Assembly (NCBI GenBank): GCA_051294375.1
Contig: CM119267.1
Span: forward strand, 18,082,992 to 18,146,991
Direction of reading: 5' to 3'
Source: Paraspadella gotoi
Lineage: Eukaryota > Animalia > Chaetognatha
DNA length: 64,000 nucleotides
The position numbers were made by a program, and so were the translations under genes. Below are positions 38,130 to 50,471 of the stretch, piece after piece; within the stretch, counting starts at the first letter, position 1; each line of letters starts with the position of its first letter. The notes below the pieces were generated by a model. The model saw only the letters and a list, made by a program, of their open reading frames with translations. It was not told the DNA's origin and ran no database searches.

Positions 38130-38717
38130 TTGGATTTTTGGGGGGTGGAAAAAAGACGTCCCCACCCCGGTTTATAATTCCCGGCATGTTTCACCCCTTA
38201 ACGAGCGAACTCTCCCGCCCTACCAGCCCCAGCTGCCCCTCCCCCCTATCACCTCTGTTGTGGTGTTGGTGTCAAAGTGCCGTGCATACCGCGCGCTCCC
38301 TACACCGCAATGAGTACTCTCCCATTCCTCGAAGTTGATGACAATATTCGAAAGAGTTGAGAATGAGGTGGAAGGTTTTCTACGATTTTTTTCCAACACA
38401 CATCTTTTTTATTGTTATTCTCTCTCTCTCTCTCTCTTTCTCTTTCTCTTATTTTCTCTCTCTCTCTCTCTCTCTGCTCCTCTCTCTTCTCTCTCTCTCT
38501 TCTCCTCTCTCTCTCTCTCTCTCTCTCGTCTTTCTATCTTTTCAATCGTATGGGGCTACGCGGTTCATCTAATCGAACAGGCGCACCGCCGCTCCTTCGT
38601 GCAGCATGTCCGCTGTCACGGAAAACTCTCCTTTCTATCTCTGGTCTACTTTTCTCACGCTCTCTCTTCTCTCCACCTCTCTCTCTACGCTCTCTTCTCT
38701 CTCTCTCTCTCTCTCTG

Positions 38718-38778
<61 letters not shown>

Positions 38779-39077
38779 GGCTCTTCTTCTTCTTTAATTC
38801 TCCGCGTGTCTCCCTCTCCTTTCTCGCCTCCCCCTTTTTTCAAACTCTGGCCTTTTTCCTTCGTCCATCGTACTTCCTTTTCCCACGTCTCCGCCTTATT
38901 CTAATCTCTCTCTCTCTCTCTGTCTCCCTCTCTATCTTCGCTTCCGTTCTTTCCCACATCAAGTCAACTCGGTTACTTTTTCCATTACGTCATTCGCCGT
39001 TTCTGCTTTCATTTCTTTCGTCATCTCTGTTCAATCGCTCTGTCTCACATCATCTTAATTCGTCAAAGTCTCTTCCC

Positions 39078-39108
<31 letters not shown>

Positions 39109-40400
39109 TCTCTCTCTCTCTCTCGTCGTTCTCTCTCTCTCTCTTCTCTTCTCTCTTCTCTCTCTCACTCTCATCAACACACCTCCGTCACACATCGACT
39201 TTTTTATCGTCACCCAACATTCTTGCTTTTTGGTTTTGACTGCTTTTCCTTTTTCCTCTTTACGACGATTATTTTTTATCGTCTTCCACGCTCTCTCTTC
39301 TCGCCTCTCTCCCACTGCCTTTTTCTATAGTTAAACAGTAAAAATAAAGAGGAGCTAAGTTGCGGAAAAGAAGTATAAGGTGTTGGCGGTGCTAGTTGAA
39401 CATTCTATTGTTCAATTATTTCCAGGACGAACATATGTATGAAGCATATACATACATAACATATCATTCTTTCCGTAAAGTATAAACTAAAATATCAGCT
39501 GAACACGAAGTCGCATGACTCTTTTGATTGTCATTAGCCACATTTCTATCAAATTATAATGGATTACCTTCACCTTTCTTTTTAATTATTAACTTTTAAT
39601 TATGAATTGGTACCTCACCTTTCTTTTAACTTATGAACTAAAATTAGTCAGAACTACATGAATTACCCCTCCGTTAAATTTTTTGGCATTGTAATCGCAT
39701 TTTTAAGTAATTCCAGGGAGCGAAAGTATGAACATATGACAATTTTCACAGTATTCATCTCCATGTACATTATTAGAATTCTCTCCTTCTGNNNNNNNNN
39801 NNNNNNNNNNNNNNNNTGCTTGGATTTTTGGGGGTGGGAAAAAGACGTCACGGTTTATAATTCCCGGCATGTTTCACCCCTTAACGAGCGAACTCTCCCG
39901 CCCTACCAGCCCCAGCTGCCCCTCCCCCCTATCACCTCTGTTGTGGTGTTGGTGTCAAAGTGCCGTGCATACCGCGCGCTCCCTACACCGCAATGAGTAC
40001 TCTCCCATTCCTCGAAGTTGATGACAATATTCGAAAGAGTTGAGAATGAGGTGGAAGGTTTTCTACGATTTTTTTCCAACACACATCTTTTTTATTGTTA
40101 TTCTCTCTCTCTCTCTCTCTTTCTCTTTCTCTTATTTTCTCTCTCTCTCTCTCTCTCTGCTCCTCTCTCTTCTCTCTCTCTCTTCTCCTCTCTCTCTCTC
40201 TCTCTCTCTCGTCTTTCTATCTTTTCAATCGTATGGGGCTACGCGGTTCATCTAATCGAACAGGCGCACCGCCGCTCCTTCGTGCAGCATGTCCGCTGTC
40301 ACGGAAAACTCTCCTTTCTATCTCTGGTCTACTTTTCTCACGCTCTCTCTTCTCTCCACCTCTCTCTCTACGCTCTCTTCTCTCTCTCTCTCTCTCTCTG

Positions 40401-40461
<61 letters not shown>

Positions 40462-40760
40462 GGCTCTTCTTCTTCTTTAATTCTCCGCGTGTCTCCCTCT
40501 CCTTTCTCGCCTCCCCCTTTTTTCAAACTCTGGCCTTTTTCCTTCGTCCATCGTACTTCCTTTTCCCACGTCTCCGCCTTATTCTAATCTCTCTCTCTCT
40601 CTCTGTCTCCCTCTCTATCTTCGCTTCCGTTCTTTCCCACATCAAGTCAACTCGGTTACTTTTTCCATTACGTCATTCGCCGTTTCTGCTTTCATTTCTT
40701 TCGTCATCTCTGTTCAATCGCTCTGTCTCACATCATCTTAATTCGTCAAAGTCTCTTCCC

Positions 40761-40791
<31 letters not shown>

Positions 40792-41530
40792 TCTCTCTCT
40801 CTCTCTCGTCGTTCTCTCTCTCTCTCTTCTCTTCTCTCTTCTCTCTCTCACTCTCATCAACACACCTCCGTCACACATCGACTCTTTTTATCGTTCTTGC
40901 TTTTGTGGTTTTGACTGCTTTTCCTTTTTTCCTCTTTACGACGATTATTTTTATCTCTCACGCTCTCTCTCTCGCTCTCTCCCCCACTCCTTTTTTCTAT
41001 AGTTAAACAGTAAAAATAAAGAGGAGCTAAGTTGGGAAAAGAATATAAGGTGTTGGGGTGCAGTGACATTCTTATGTTCACATATTTCCAGACGAACATA
41101 TGTATGAAGCATATACATACATAACATATCATTCTTCCGTAAAGTATAAACTAAAATAATCAGCTGAAACACGAGTCGCATTGACTCTTTGATGTCATAG
41201 CCACATTTCTATCACAATTATGAATGGTACCTCACCTTTCTTTTAATTATTAACTTTTAATTATGAATGGTACCNNNNNNNNNNNNNNNNNNNNNNNNNN
41301 NNNNNNNNNNNNNNNNNNNNNNNNNNNNNNNNNNNNNNNNNNNNNNNNNNNNNNNNNNNNNNNNNNNNNNNNNNNNNNNNNNNNNNNNNNNNNNNNNNNN
41401 NNNNNNNNNNNNNNNNNNNNNNNNNNNNNNNNNNNNNNNNNNNNNNNNNNNNNNNNNNNNGGGAGCGAAAGTATGAAACATATGCACAATTTCACAGTAT
41501 GCATCTCATGGTTCATAACATTACATAACC
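38130..41530. repeat. About 1.7-kb tandem duplication across a 25-N gap (probable assembly artefact)
   Basis: 38130-39790 is nearly identical to 39817-41530, including identical microsatellite interruptions. Differences are small indels typical of read error. Confidence 0.85.
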
Positions 41531-41811
41531 TTTCTACCAAGTATTGAATTTCTGGTCATTTGTTCACATATATAAGTGATCACGTGACTCATACTAAGAT
41601 TAGGGCGACATGTGAGGATATTTCATTATCAATACGCTTGCCAAGTTAGCCGCAACGTCGTCTTGGAAATCACGTTGAAACTAACCAATATTTTCACAGA
41701 TTGCCTATAAGAATTGTGGGTCTAGCAAATGCTAAAATTTAAAGAATGAACAAATATTGATTAATTGATTAACAATTAATCGAAAAGCGGATATTCTTTT
41801 CGAATCCTCTT

Positions 41812-41845
<34 letters not shown>

Positions 41846-42499
41846 NNNNNNNNNNNNNNNNNNNNNNNNNNNNNNNNNNNNNNNNNNNNNNNNNNNNNNN
41901 NNNNNNNNNNNNNNNNNNNNNNNNNNNNNNNNNNNNNNNNNNNNNNNNNNNNNNNNNNNNNNNNNNNNNNNNNNNNNNNNNNNNNNNNNNNNNNNNNNNN
42001 NNNNNNNNNNNNNNNNNNNNNNNNNNNNNNNNNNNNNNNNNNNNNNNNNNNNAGAGAGAACGATCAAGGAGAATGGGCTAGGGGGAAAGTTTCTGGGAAA
42101 GAAAAAAAAAGAGAGGGAAGGAGAGAGTGGTGACGAAAATGGACGGAGAGAAACTGAAAGGAAGAGAAAGCTAGGAATAAAAAGTTTTTTATCTAATTGA
42201 AGAGCAATTTCAATGTGTTGCACCGCAGTGACTTTATTTCACGTGATATGAATGAAGGCTTTTACCCACCACACTCGGTCTCAAGTCAGCGGCAGGATAG
42301 CTTGCTGAATTTTTTTTAACAAGAACGGTAATTCAAATGTGTTGCACCGCAGTGACTGCCTTATCACGAGTATTTCTCGTGACATGACGTGACGCTACAT
42401 GACTTGACATGCGCTAGCAGACACTTAGATTTGAGTTTTTTTTTCTGTCTTAACAAATGAGCAATCATCAACTATAGGCAAATTATTTGCATTTTTAAC

Positions 42500-42602
42500 G
42501 TAAGTGGACAGACCGACGGACAGACATACCGACCGACCGACAGGCCGACCTAAAAGTGACTTATAGAGTTCCTCCGCGGGTGCTCGCGGCGCAACTAATA
42601 AA
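42500..42602 (+). mobile_element. 3' end of a related Helentron/DINE-like repeat
   Basis: (GACC/GACA)n tract followed by aaagtgacttatagagtt...hairpin...caactaataaa. Confidence 0.5.
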
Positions 42603-44337
42603 TCAATATTTTTTTTATTTGTTGTACCAAAGTCATAGACTAACCAAAGCGATAGTTCATCTAACTTTAGAGAGAAAGAGAAAATAATCATTACTGGCGG
42701 AGAATATGAAATATGCAGCGGGTTTTAAACTTTTAATGGCGCGGCATTAAAAATAGATGGCGCTCAGCCGCTGAGATTATGAATTCCTCATAATCTTGAA
42801 GAGTCTCATCTCATCTTTCTTTTATGGCGAAGACGTTAGTCGATCGAAAGTAAAGGTTATTGGTCTCTTACTTCTTTTCCTCTTCTTTCTAACGCTTGTC
42901 CTTTCGCTTCCTTTCTCTTTGGCTTGGATTAGCTTCCTTTGTTTTTATGTTTATTCATTTCTTAACGTTCTTATGCGAACTTGTCGTCGTCGTCGCAATA
43001 AGTCGGATTAGAATATCATACCAATTATCTAAGTTTACAAAAGAGAATAGTTAATTTAATTACTCAACAAAAGGATTCAAAGCTCTCTCTCTCTGTCTTT
43101 TGTGTTTCCTTTTCGCGTTGCCCTTTTTCTTCATTGTTAACCTTGACCCGGATATGACCCGAGCCGACCCGAGTTGACCCGGCCTCAACCTTAAAATCGC
43201 GAGTTCCCTTCAACCTCGACCCGTTTAGCCTTCGTCTTTTTCTCTTTTCCCCGGACGAGGTCAAAATCCGCTTCCTTTTCCAGTCGAAACTTCGCAATTT
43301 CGAAACCCGGCTTTTTTTCCCTTTGAAAGTAACAAAAATAAAGAAAGCTGTAAAGTAACGTTAATGTTAATGTTAATTAGTTAATCAAGATGGAGTTTAA
43401 CCGAGTCGGATTGGCTGCCAACGCAGNNNNNNNNNNNNNNNNNNNNNNNNNNNNNNNNNNNNNNNNNNNNNNNNNNNNNNNNNNNNNNNNNNNNNNNNNN
43501 NNNNNNNNNNNNNNNNNNNNNNNNNNNNNNNNNNNNNNNNNNNNNNNNNNNNNNNNNNNNNNNNNNNNNNNNNNNNNNNNNNNNNNNNNNNNNNNNNNNN
43601 NNNNNNNNNNNNNNNNNNNNNNNNNNNNNNNNNNNNNNNNNNNNNNNNNNNNNNNNNNNNNNNNNNNNNNNNNNNNNNNNNNNNNNNNNNNNNNNNNNNN
43701 NNNNNNNNNNNNNNNNNNNNNNNNNNNNNNNNNNNNNNNNNNNNNNNNNNNNNNNNNNNNNNNNNNNNNNNNNNNNNNNNNNNNNNNNNNNNNNNNNNNN
43801 NNNNNNNNNNNNNNNNNNNNNNNNNNNNNNNNNNNNNNNNNNNNNNNNNNNNNNNNNNNNNNNNNNNNNNNNNNNNNNNNNNNNNNNNNNNNNNNNNNNN
43901 NNNNNNNNNNNNNNNNNNNNNNNNNNNNNNNNNNNNNNNNNNNNNNNNNNNNNNNNNNNNNNNNNNNNNNNNNNNNNNNNNNNNNNNNNNNNNNNNNNNN
44001 NNNNNNNNNNNNNNNNNNNNNNNNNNNNNNNNNNNNNNNNNNNNNNNNNNNNNNNNNNNNNNNNNNNNNNNNNNNNNNNNNNNNNNNNNNNNNNNNNNNN
44101 NNNNNNNNNNNNNNNNNNNNNNNNNNNNNNNNNNNNNNNNNNNNNNNNNNNNNNNNNNNNNNNNNNNNNNNNNNNNNNNNNNNNNNNNNNNNNNNNNNNN
44201 NNNNNNNNNNNNNNNNNNNNNNNNNNNNNNNNNNNNNNNNNNNNNNNNNNNNNNNNNNNNNNNNNNNNNNNNNNNNNNNNNNNNNNNNNNNNNNNNNNNN
44301 NNNNNNNNNNNNNNNNNNNNNNNNNNNNNNNNNNNNN

Positions 44338-44370
<33 letters not shown>

Positions 44371-45551
44371 TCCTTTCGAAGACCTTCAGAAAGATTTACT
44401 TCTTTCCCTCGCTCTCCGCTCACCATTTCTAACACACAATTATTAAAATACCATATATAATTCTCCACTGGCCACTTCCCGACTTCTCATTTAGCATTTC
44501 TAACCACTTACCGACTTCTCAGCATTTCTAAACTCCCCACTGCCCGCTCCCCGGTTTTCACTCTGGATTTCTTGCTTCTCACTTCATTCCCTAGTATTCT
44601 TCCAACGTTGAATCTTCTTTAAACGAGCTCTTCCTTCAAACTTACCTTCCCTCTTTAACTCACCCCTAAAACTCGCTCCTCCGCCAAACCTCCCCTTNNN
44701 NNNNNNNNNNNNNNNNNNNNNNNNNNNNNNNNNNNNNNNNNNNNNNNNNNNNNNNNNNNNNNNNNNNNNNNNNNNNNNNNNNNNNNNNNNNNNNNNNNNN
44801 NNNNNNNNNNNNNNNNNTCTCTCGCTTTGCCTCGTTACTACTCTCGAAGGTCTCCGACCGTTTGACCGTCCGTTGGCCTCGAGAGGTTCGTCCATCCCCT
44901 GACCTCTCACTCTGCCCCCAGCGTCCCCTGGACCAGTTCCGAGTGGGCGTGGAGCGACGGGCGAAAGAAACTCGCGATCAAAGGCGGATTTTTTTGGTGT
45001 GAGGTGGTGAGCCCCGGATTCCATCGACCGGAAAGAAGCGCGACCTGCATCCTCTCTTTCGTTAGTTTTAGCCTTTTTCCTCTGGTTCTCCTATTCGCCT
45101 TTTACAAGGATATCCCGTTCTCCCACAAGCCAGTTGTTCCGTTCTGTTTTTAACGTTTATACGTGAATCTGTTCTTTATTCTGCTTTCCCATCTCATGTG
45201 ACCAATTTGAATTTCTTTCATCTTTACCGATTAGTCTGAAAAACTAAAATGTTTAAATATACTAACGGCAAATAGACCGACCTACCGACCGACCAGGATC
45301 AACTCTCTCATCTTGACCTCGTTTATCGCATCACGCAAATCCTAGTCGAGTTCCGCTTGACCTTTTCTCGTTCATCCCCTACTTTCGTCTCACCTTTTCC
45401 CTTTTGTCTTACTCCTTTTCAATTCTCTTTTTTTTTATTCTTTTTTTTTTATTCACTTTGGCTTAGGTTTGGCGTTTTTTTTTCTTTCTTTTTCTATCTT
45501 TCTGTATTTTTTCTTTCTGTTTTTGTTTCTTTGTTTCTATCTTTCGTGCCT

Positions 45552-45586
<35 letters not shown>

Positions 45587-46545
45587 NNNNNNNNNNNNNN
45601 NNNNNNNNNNNNNNNNNNNNNNNNNNNNNNNNNNNNNNNNNNNNNNNNNNNNNNNNNNNNNNNNNNNNNNNNNNNNNNNNNNNNNNNNNNNNNNNNNNNN
45701 NNNNNNNNNNNNNNNNNNNNNNNNNNNNNNNNNNNNNNNNNNNNNNNNNNNNNNNNNNNNNNNNNNNNNNNNNNNNNNNNNNNNNNNNNNNNNNNNNNNN
45801 NNNNNNNNNNNNNNNNNNNNNNNNNNNNNNNNNNNNNNNNNNNNNNNNNNNNNNNNNNNNNNNNNNNNNNNNNNNNNNNNNNNNNNNNNNNNNNNNNNNN
45901 NNNNNNCCGCCGCCACCGCCGCCGCCCGCTGCCTCCGCCCGCCGTCCGCGGCGCGAGAATTTAAGCGAAAACAATTTCTCTCATTTTTTTTGGTTTTCAA
46001 GTTTCGTGGTTTTGTTTTTGTTTNNNNNNNNNNNNNNNNNNNNNNNNNNNNNNNNNNNNNNNNNNNNNNNNNNNNNNNNNNNNNNNNNNNNNNNNNNNNN
46101 NNNNNNNNNNNNNNNNNNNNNNNNNNNNNNNNNNNNNNNNNNNNNNNNNNNNNNNNNNNNNNNNNNNNNNNNNNNNNNNNNNNNNNNNNNNNNNNNNNNN
46201 NNNNNNNNNNNNNNNNNNNNNNNNNNNNNNNNNNNNNNNNNNNNNNNNNNNNNNNNNNNNNNNNNNNNNNNNNNNNNNNNNNNNNNNNNNNNNNNNNNNN
46301 NNNNNNNNNNNNNNNNNNNNNNNNNNNNNNNNNNNNNNNNNNNNNNNNNNNNNNNNNNNNNNNNNNNNNNNNNNNNNNNNNNNNNNNNNNNNNNNNNNNN
46401 NNNNNNNNNNNNNNNNNNNNNNNNNNNNNNNNNNNNNNNNNNNNNNNNNNNNNNNNNNNNNNNNNNNNNNNNNNNNNNNNNNNNNNNNNNNNNNNNNNNN
46501 NNNNNNNNNNNNNNNNNNNNNNNNNNNNNNNNNNNNNNNNNNNNN

Positions 46546-47061
46546 TCTTCAACAAGCGACTTCGGCGCGTCCTCGAGCGGTTGGCCCGAGACGAGGCCGA
46601 CCTGCTAGACTTTTACCAGGTTCTCGTTGTTGTTGTCGTCTCGAATCGAGTTGTCGCTGTCGTTGTTTATTATCGTTAATAGTTTGAATTTTGTTTTTAT
46701 TACATTTTATTTTCTGCCGTTTTTTTTTTTCTATTTTCTCATCCATCATTTCTCATCATCAATTTCCTCAACAAGTTAAGTGTTAACGAGAAAACACAAT
46801 TATCCGACAAACGAACAGAGAAAGTAAAAAATAAATTCGACCGATTTATAAACAAATCAAACCGAACCAAAAAAAAACAAACCAACAAACAATCAAATCC
46901 CTCGTTCTCTCTTCTCTTTTCTCCCGCCAGGATCTCTGCGTGACGAAGCCGCCCTTCGATACGGGGGAACTCTTCAACCGCGCGGTGACGCTGGCGGCGG
47001 GCGTCTTGAGTTCGATGGCCAAGAGCGAGCTGGGTCAGGCGCTGCTGCAGCGGTGCAGGCT
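46546..47061 (+). CDS. Two internal coding exons of an unidentified helical protein (possibly the same gene as 37660)
   Basis: Gap..46619 (FNKRLRRVLERLARDEADLLDFYQ|gt) splices to about 46931-47061 (ag|DLCVTKPPFDTGELFNRAVTLAAGVLSSMAKSELGQALLQRCRL|gtaagg), with high GC3. Confidence 0.65.
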
Positions 47062-50000
47062 GGTAAGGGTGGGTGCCGGGGTGGGAACGATGTTTTGACG
47101 ATGAGGATTAAGAAGTTGAAAGGGTGACGTTTTAAATTCGAAAAATGACGGATGAGAGAGAGCGGGGTCTCACCCGGAACAGAATGATGAAAAGAAAGTG
47201 GTGAGGTCTCACAAAAAAAAAATCCCTACAAATATATAAAAAAAACATTTTTTCAATGAAGATTTTTTTCGCGCAATTATCTTGAGCGGATGTTATCGCT
47301 GGAGGGGAATTAAAAAAAACAAAAAAACATAACGATAAAAGCTATGGGATCATATAATTTTTCACGATTTTTTTTAATCTAAAAAAAAGTGGGAAAATGT
47401 TTTTCTCAATCCCGAAAATCCAACCAATTGAAGCTGAATTGTTGACGCAGTTTTGTTGCCGTCGTTATCCTCGAAGCGACGGAAAATAAAAAAAGGAAGG
47501 ATTTCCTATTTTCCGGGTTTTAAATTTTAGCGCCATCGTCAACATTTTTACGCTTTGATTGTCCTTCTAATTCGAATAGACGAATAGAAAGACAGACGGT
47601 CAGACGGACATCCGCGACTGTTCGATCAAAAAAAAAATATCCGTTTTATCGAACGTCGGTGACGGTAATAAAATCAAAGAGAGAGGCAGAGAGGGAGAGA
47701 GAGACAGAGACAGAGACAGAGACAGAGAGAGAGAGGGTGGAACTTTCATGAAACCCGAAAATCAACGGTTTTCGATAGATTTTTTTCGCTGTCAAACACG
47801 AAGCTGGCCGACGTAGAGGCAGAGAGAGGAGAGGGAGAAGAGAGAGAGAGAGAGAGAGAGAGTAGAGAGAGAGAGAGAAGGAGAGAGAGAGAGAATGGCG
47901 CGTCGGCGCCCCATTTCCGGGCCGACGAAGAACTATTCCTGCAAAAGTGAATTGCTCGCCGATTCCGCGCAGGGAGGAAAGTTCTGCAGCGATCTCCCCC
48001 CCTCGCTCACAACACTGAATCTGAACTATTCTATCCTTTCTCCATTGTCCTGCTTGGGATCCGGGACGGACGTCCGCTTCGGGGCTCGGTCGTTTCTTGT
48101 CCCGAACTTGTCAGCCTTCGCCCGTCACGTTCCTTCCTCCACCATCGCGGAACACTTTCTTCGATTCAACTTTGCCCGACACATCTTTTTCTGTTCCTTT
48201 GCACTTTACCCTTATCCTTTGTCCGACTACATCCTTCCATATAACGTCGCCAAACACATTTTCTCTACCTTTGCCCGACACTTCTTTCTCTCCCCCTTCG
48301 CCCGACACGTCCCTCGGCTCGGCCCATTCGTTGTCCGCGACGTCCGCGGCTTCGACGCGCTGCTTGGGAGGGGGGGGGGACGGAAGCCGGTCACGCTGCA
48401 GTTGAGGTAGATTTGGAGTTAAGAGAGTAAGGTTTAATGGTCAACGCTGATTGGTTTATTCCGAGTAGTTTTCTCTTTGATTGGCTCGTAGACGCCGATC
48501 GGAAATACTAATTATATCTATATTAGGCCTTAATTATTCGAAAACGTTTTCGGGGTAGAAGTTGTGAGAAAGATATCGACAGAGGCGACCGAGGCGTGTC
48601 GGTAAAAGCGCCCGCCGGGAATATTCTAAATTCCGGAGGCGAAGACCAGAAACTCCGGCGGAAAAAAAAATGACGAGGGATTCGAATCGAAGCGATAAAT
48701 CATCGCGCGAGGCTCCGTTGTTGTTGTTGTTGTCGTTGTCTTCGTTGTTTCTGAGGGTGTCGTCATTGTTGTTGTCGTTGTTGCTATAAGTGTGGTTCCG
48801 GCTGTTTGTTCTCGTTGTTGTCCTAAAAAAAAAGAGATTTCTAATTATTTCTTTGATAAATCGTCAAAAAGTGGACTACATTGACTTGTGGCAGATTGTG
48901 ATGCAGATAATGAGTCTTCGTGCGTCGTCGTCTCCGTTGTGTTGTTATGTGTCGTCGAGCAATACTCGTACGAAAGAAACTTTACGTTTTAACATTTGTT
49001 GAAATAGGGAAATGAGGGTGAAAATAGGGCCGAGGCTAATGGGGGGGGGGGGAGCGTGGAGACACATGGATCGAGAGCGGAATTAATTCGGAGTAAGGTC
49101 TTAGGTGGGCGATGAAAAGACTGCGGGGGGCGCTGCAGCGCTTCTGCGGTCAGGAAGCGAAGGGGGGCGAGGGTAAGGACCGAGGAGTGAGGAAGAGTGA
49201 GGAAAGGCGGGTTTTATCTCATCTCGAATTCCGGGCGCGAATTCGCTTCACTGGCGCAGAAAGAAAACGAGGGAAAGAAAAGAGAAGAAAGTAGATGGAA
49301 AGAGGGGTGGAAAGAAAAAAGAAAAGAAAAAGAAAAGAAAAGAAATAGGACGAAATGAAAGAGAGGGGAAAAAGGGCGAAAAGGGAATGGAAAGGAGAAT
49401 TCAAAGACTGAAAAAAAGGTTTTTAAAGTGGCGGAAAAAAAAGTGTTACAAAAAACGATTAAAAAAAAAATAGGACAACCCGATGATACTCACTTTTTTG
49501 TGTGGTCGTAATTAAGCGACTTAAAAAAGTGAAACTGCTCATCCTCTCTCTCTCTCTCTCTCTTTCTTCCCCCTCTAACCCCCGATTTCTTTTCTACGAT
49601 TAAGCTCTTCGATTTTTCTTCACTTTTTTTTGCCTTTCAGTCTCATTCCCTTTTAGTGGCAAACGCATCTGATTAAGTGGCGTTTTCTAATCTCCCGGTT
49701 AAAAGTCAAAAGTTAAAACTTTCTGGCTTTGACATGTCATATATTATTTCGTTATTATTAGCGATGCCATTGAGGCGAATCTAAAAGTATAAAATTTAAA
49801 ATTAAAAATGAACTCAAAATCTAAAATCCGTCTGCGCGGTTTTTTTTGTTTTTTTTTTTGCAACTCGTTCGACTTTTGTTTGGCCCAAATTCGTTGGCGC
49901 GAATCGAAAAAGAGCTGGAGATGACGTGGCAGACCGATTTTCGTTTGAACTCGCTTTTTCGCGGCGACCTCTATCTTTTGTCGGAGAAACGATTGCCCTT

Positions 50001-50402
50001 TTTTTTTTTTAATAATTTACTCATCGATTCGATTGTGCCTTATTTCAATACTAACCCGTTAAAGTTGAATTCATCGTAAGACAACTTGTCGAAATAATTA
50101 TTAAATAAATAAAGTTTTTTTTTGTTGAATTTTAAAATTTTTTTCTGAATTAATGAATTTTTTGCTTTTATATTTGTCGCTTCGTTCTCGTATTATATGA
50201 CTTCCCTTTACTTTTTGTTTTATATTTTATATTTTATATTTTATAAATATTATGTACATTTGTCATATTTCTTCTTCCATTTCAACAGCTTTTTTTTTCT
50301 TTGCTTTTCTTCTTTCTCATTTCGTTTTATGTTCAATTCAACAGATTCGCGCGGAAGTTAGAACGATTTTTCGGGCTATATTTCATGTTTGGGGATAAAG
50401 AA

Positions 50403-50471
<69 letters not shown>

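Noticed and set aside
38335-41006. Long Leu/Ser-rich ORFs, and similar ones at 59735-60266 and 61739-62635
   Set aside because: These are translations of (CT)n/(GA)n microsatellites.
38130-41530. Apparent recent tandem segmental duplication
   Set aside because: It is centred on an exact 25-N gap and differs only by error-like indels, so it is most likely an overfilled-gap artefact.
43377-46679. 300-440-aa ORFs in the track
   Set aside because: They are open only because they run through N gaps.
48115-48315. CRISPR-like array
   Set aside because: The repeats are short and degenerate, the context is eukaryotic, and there are no cas genes.
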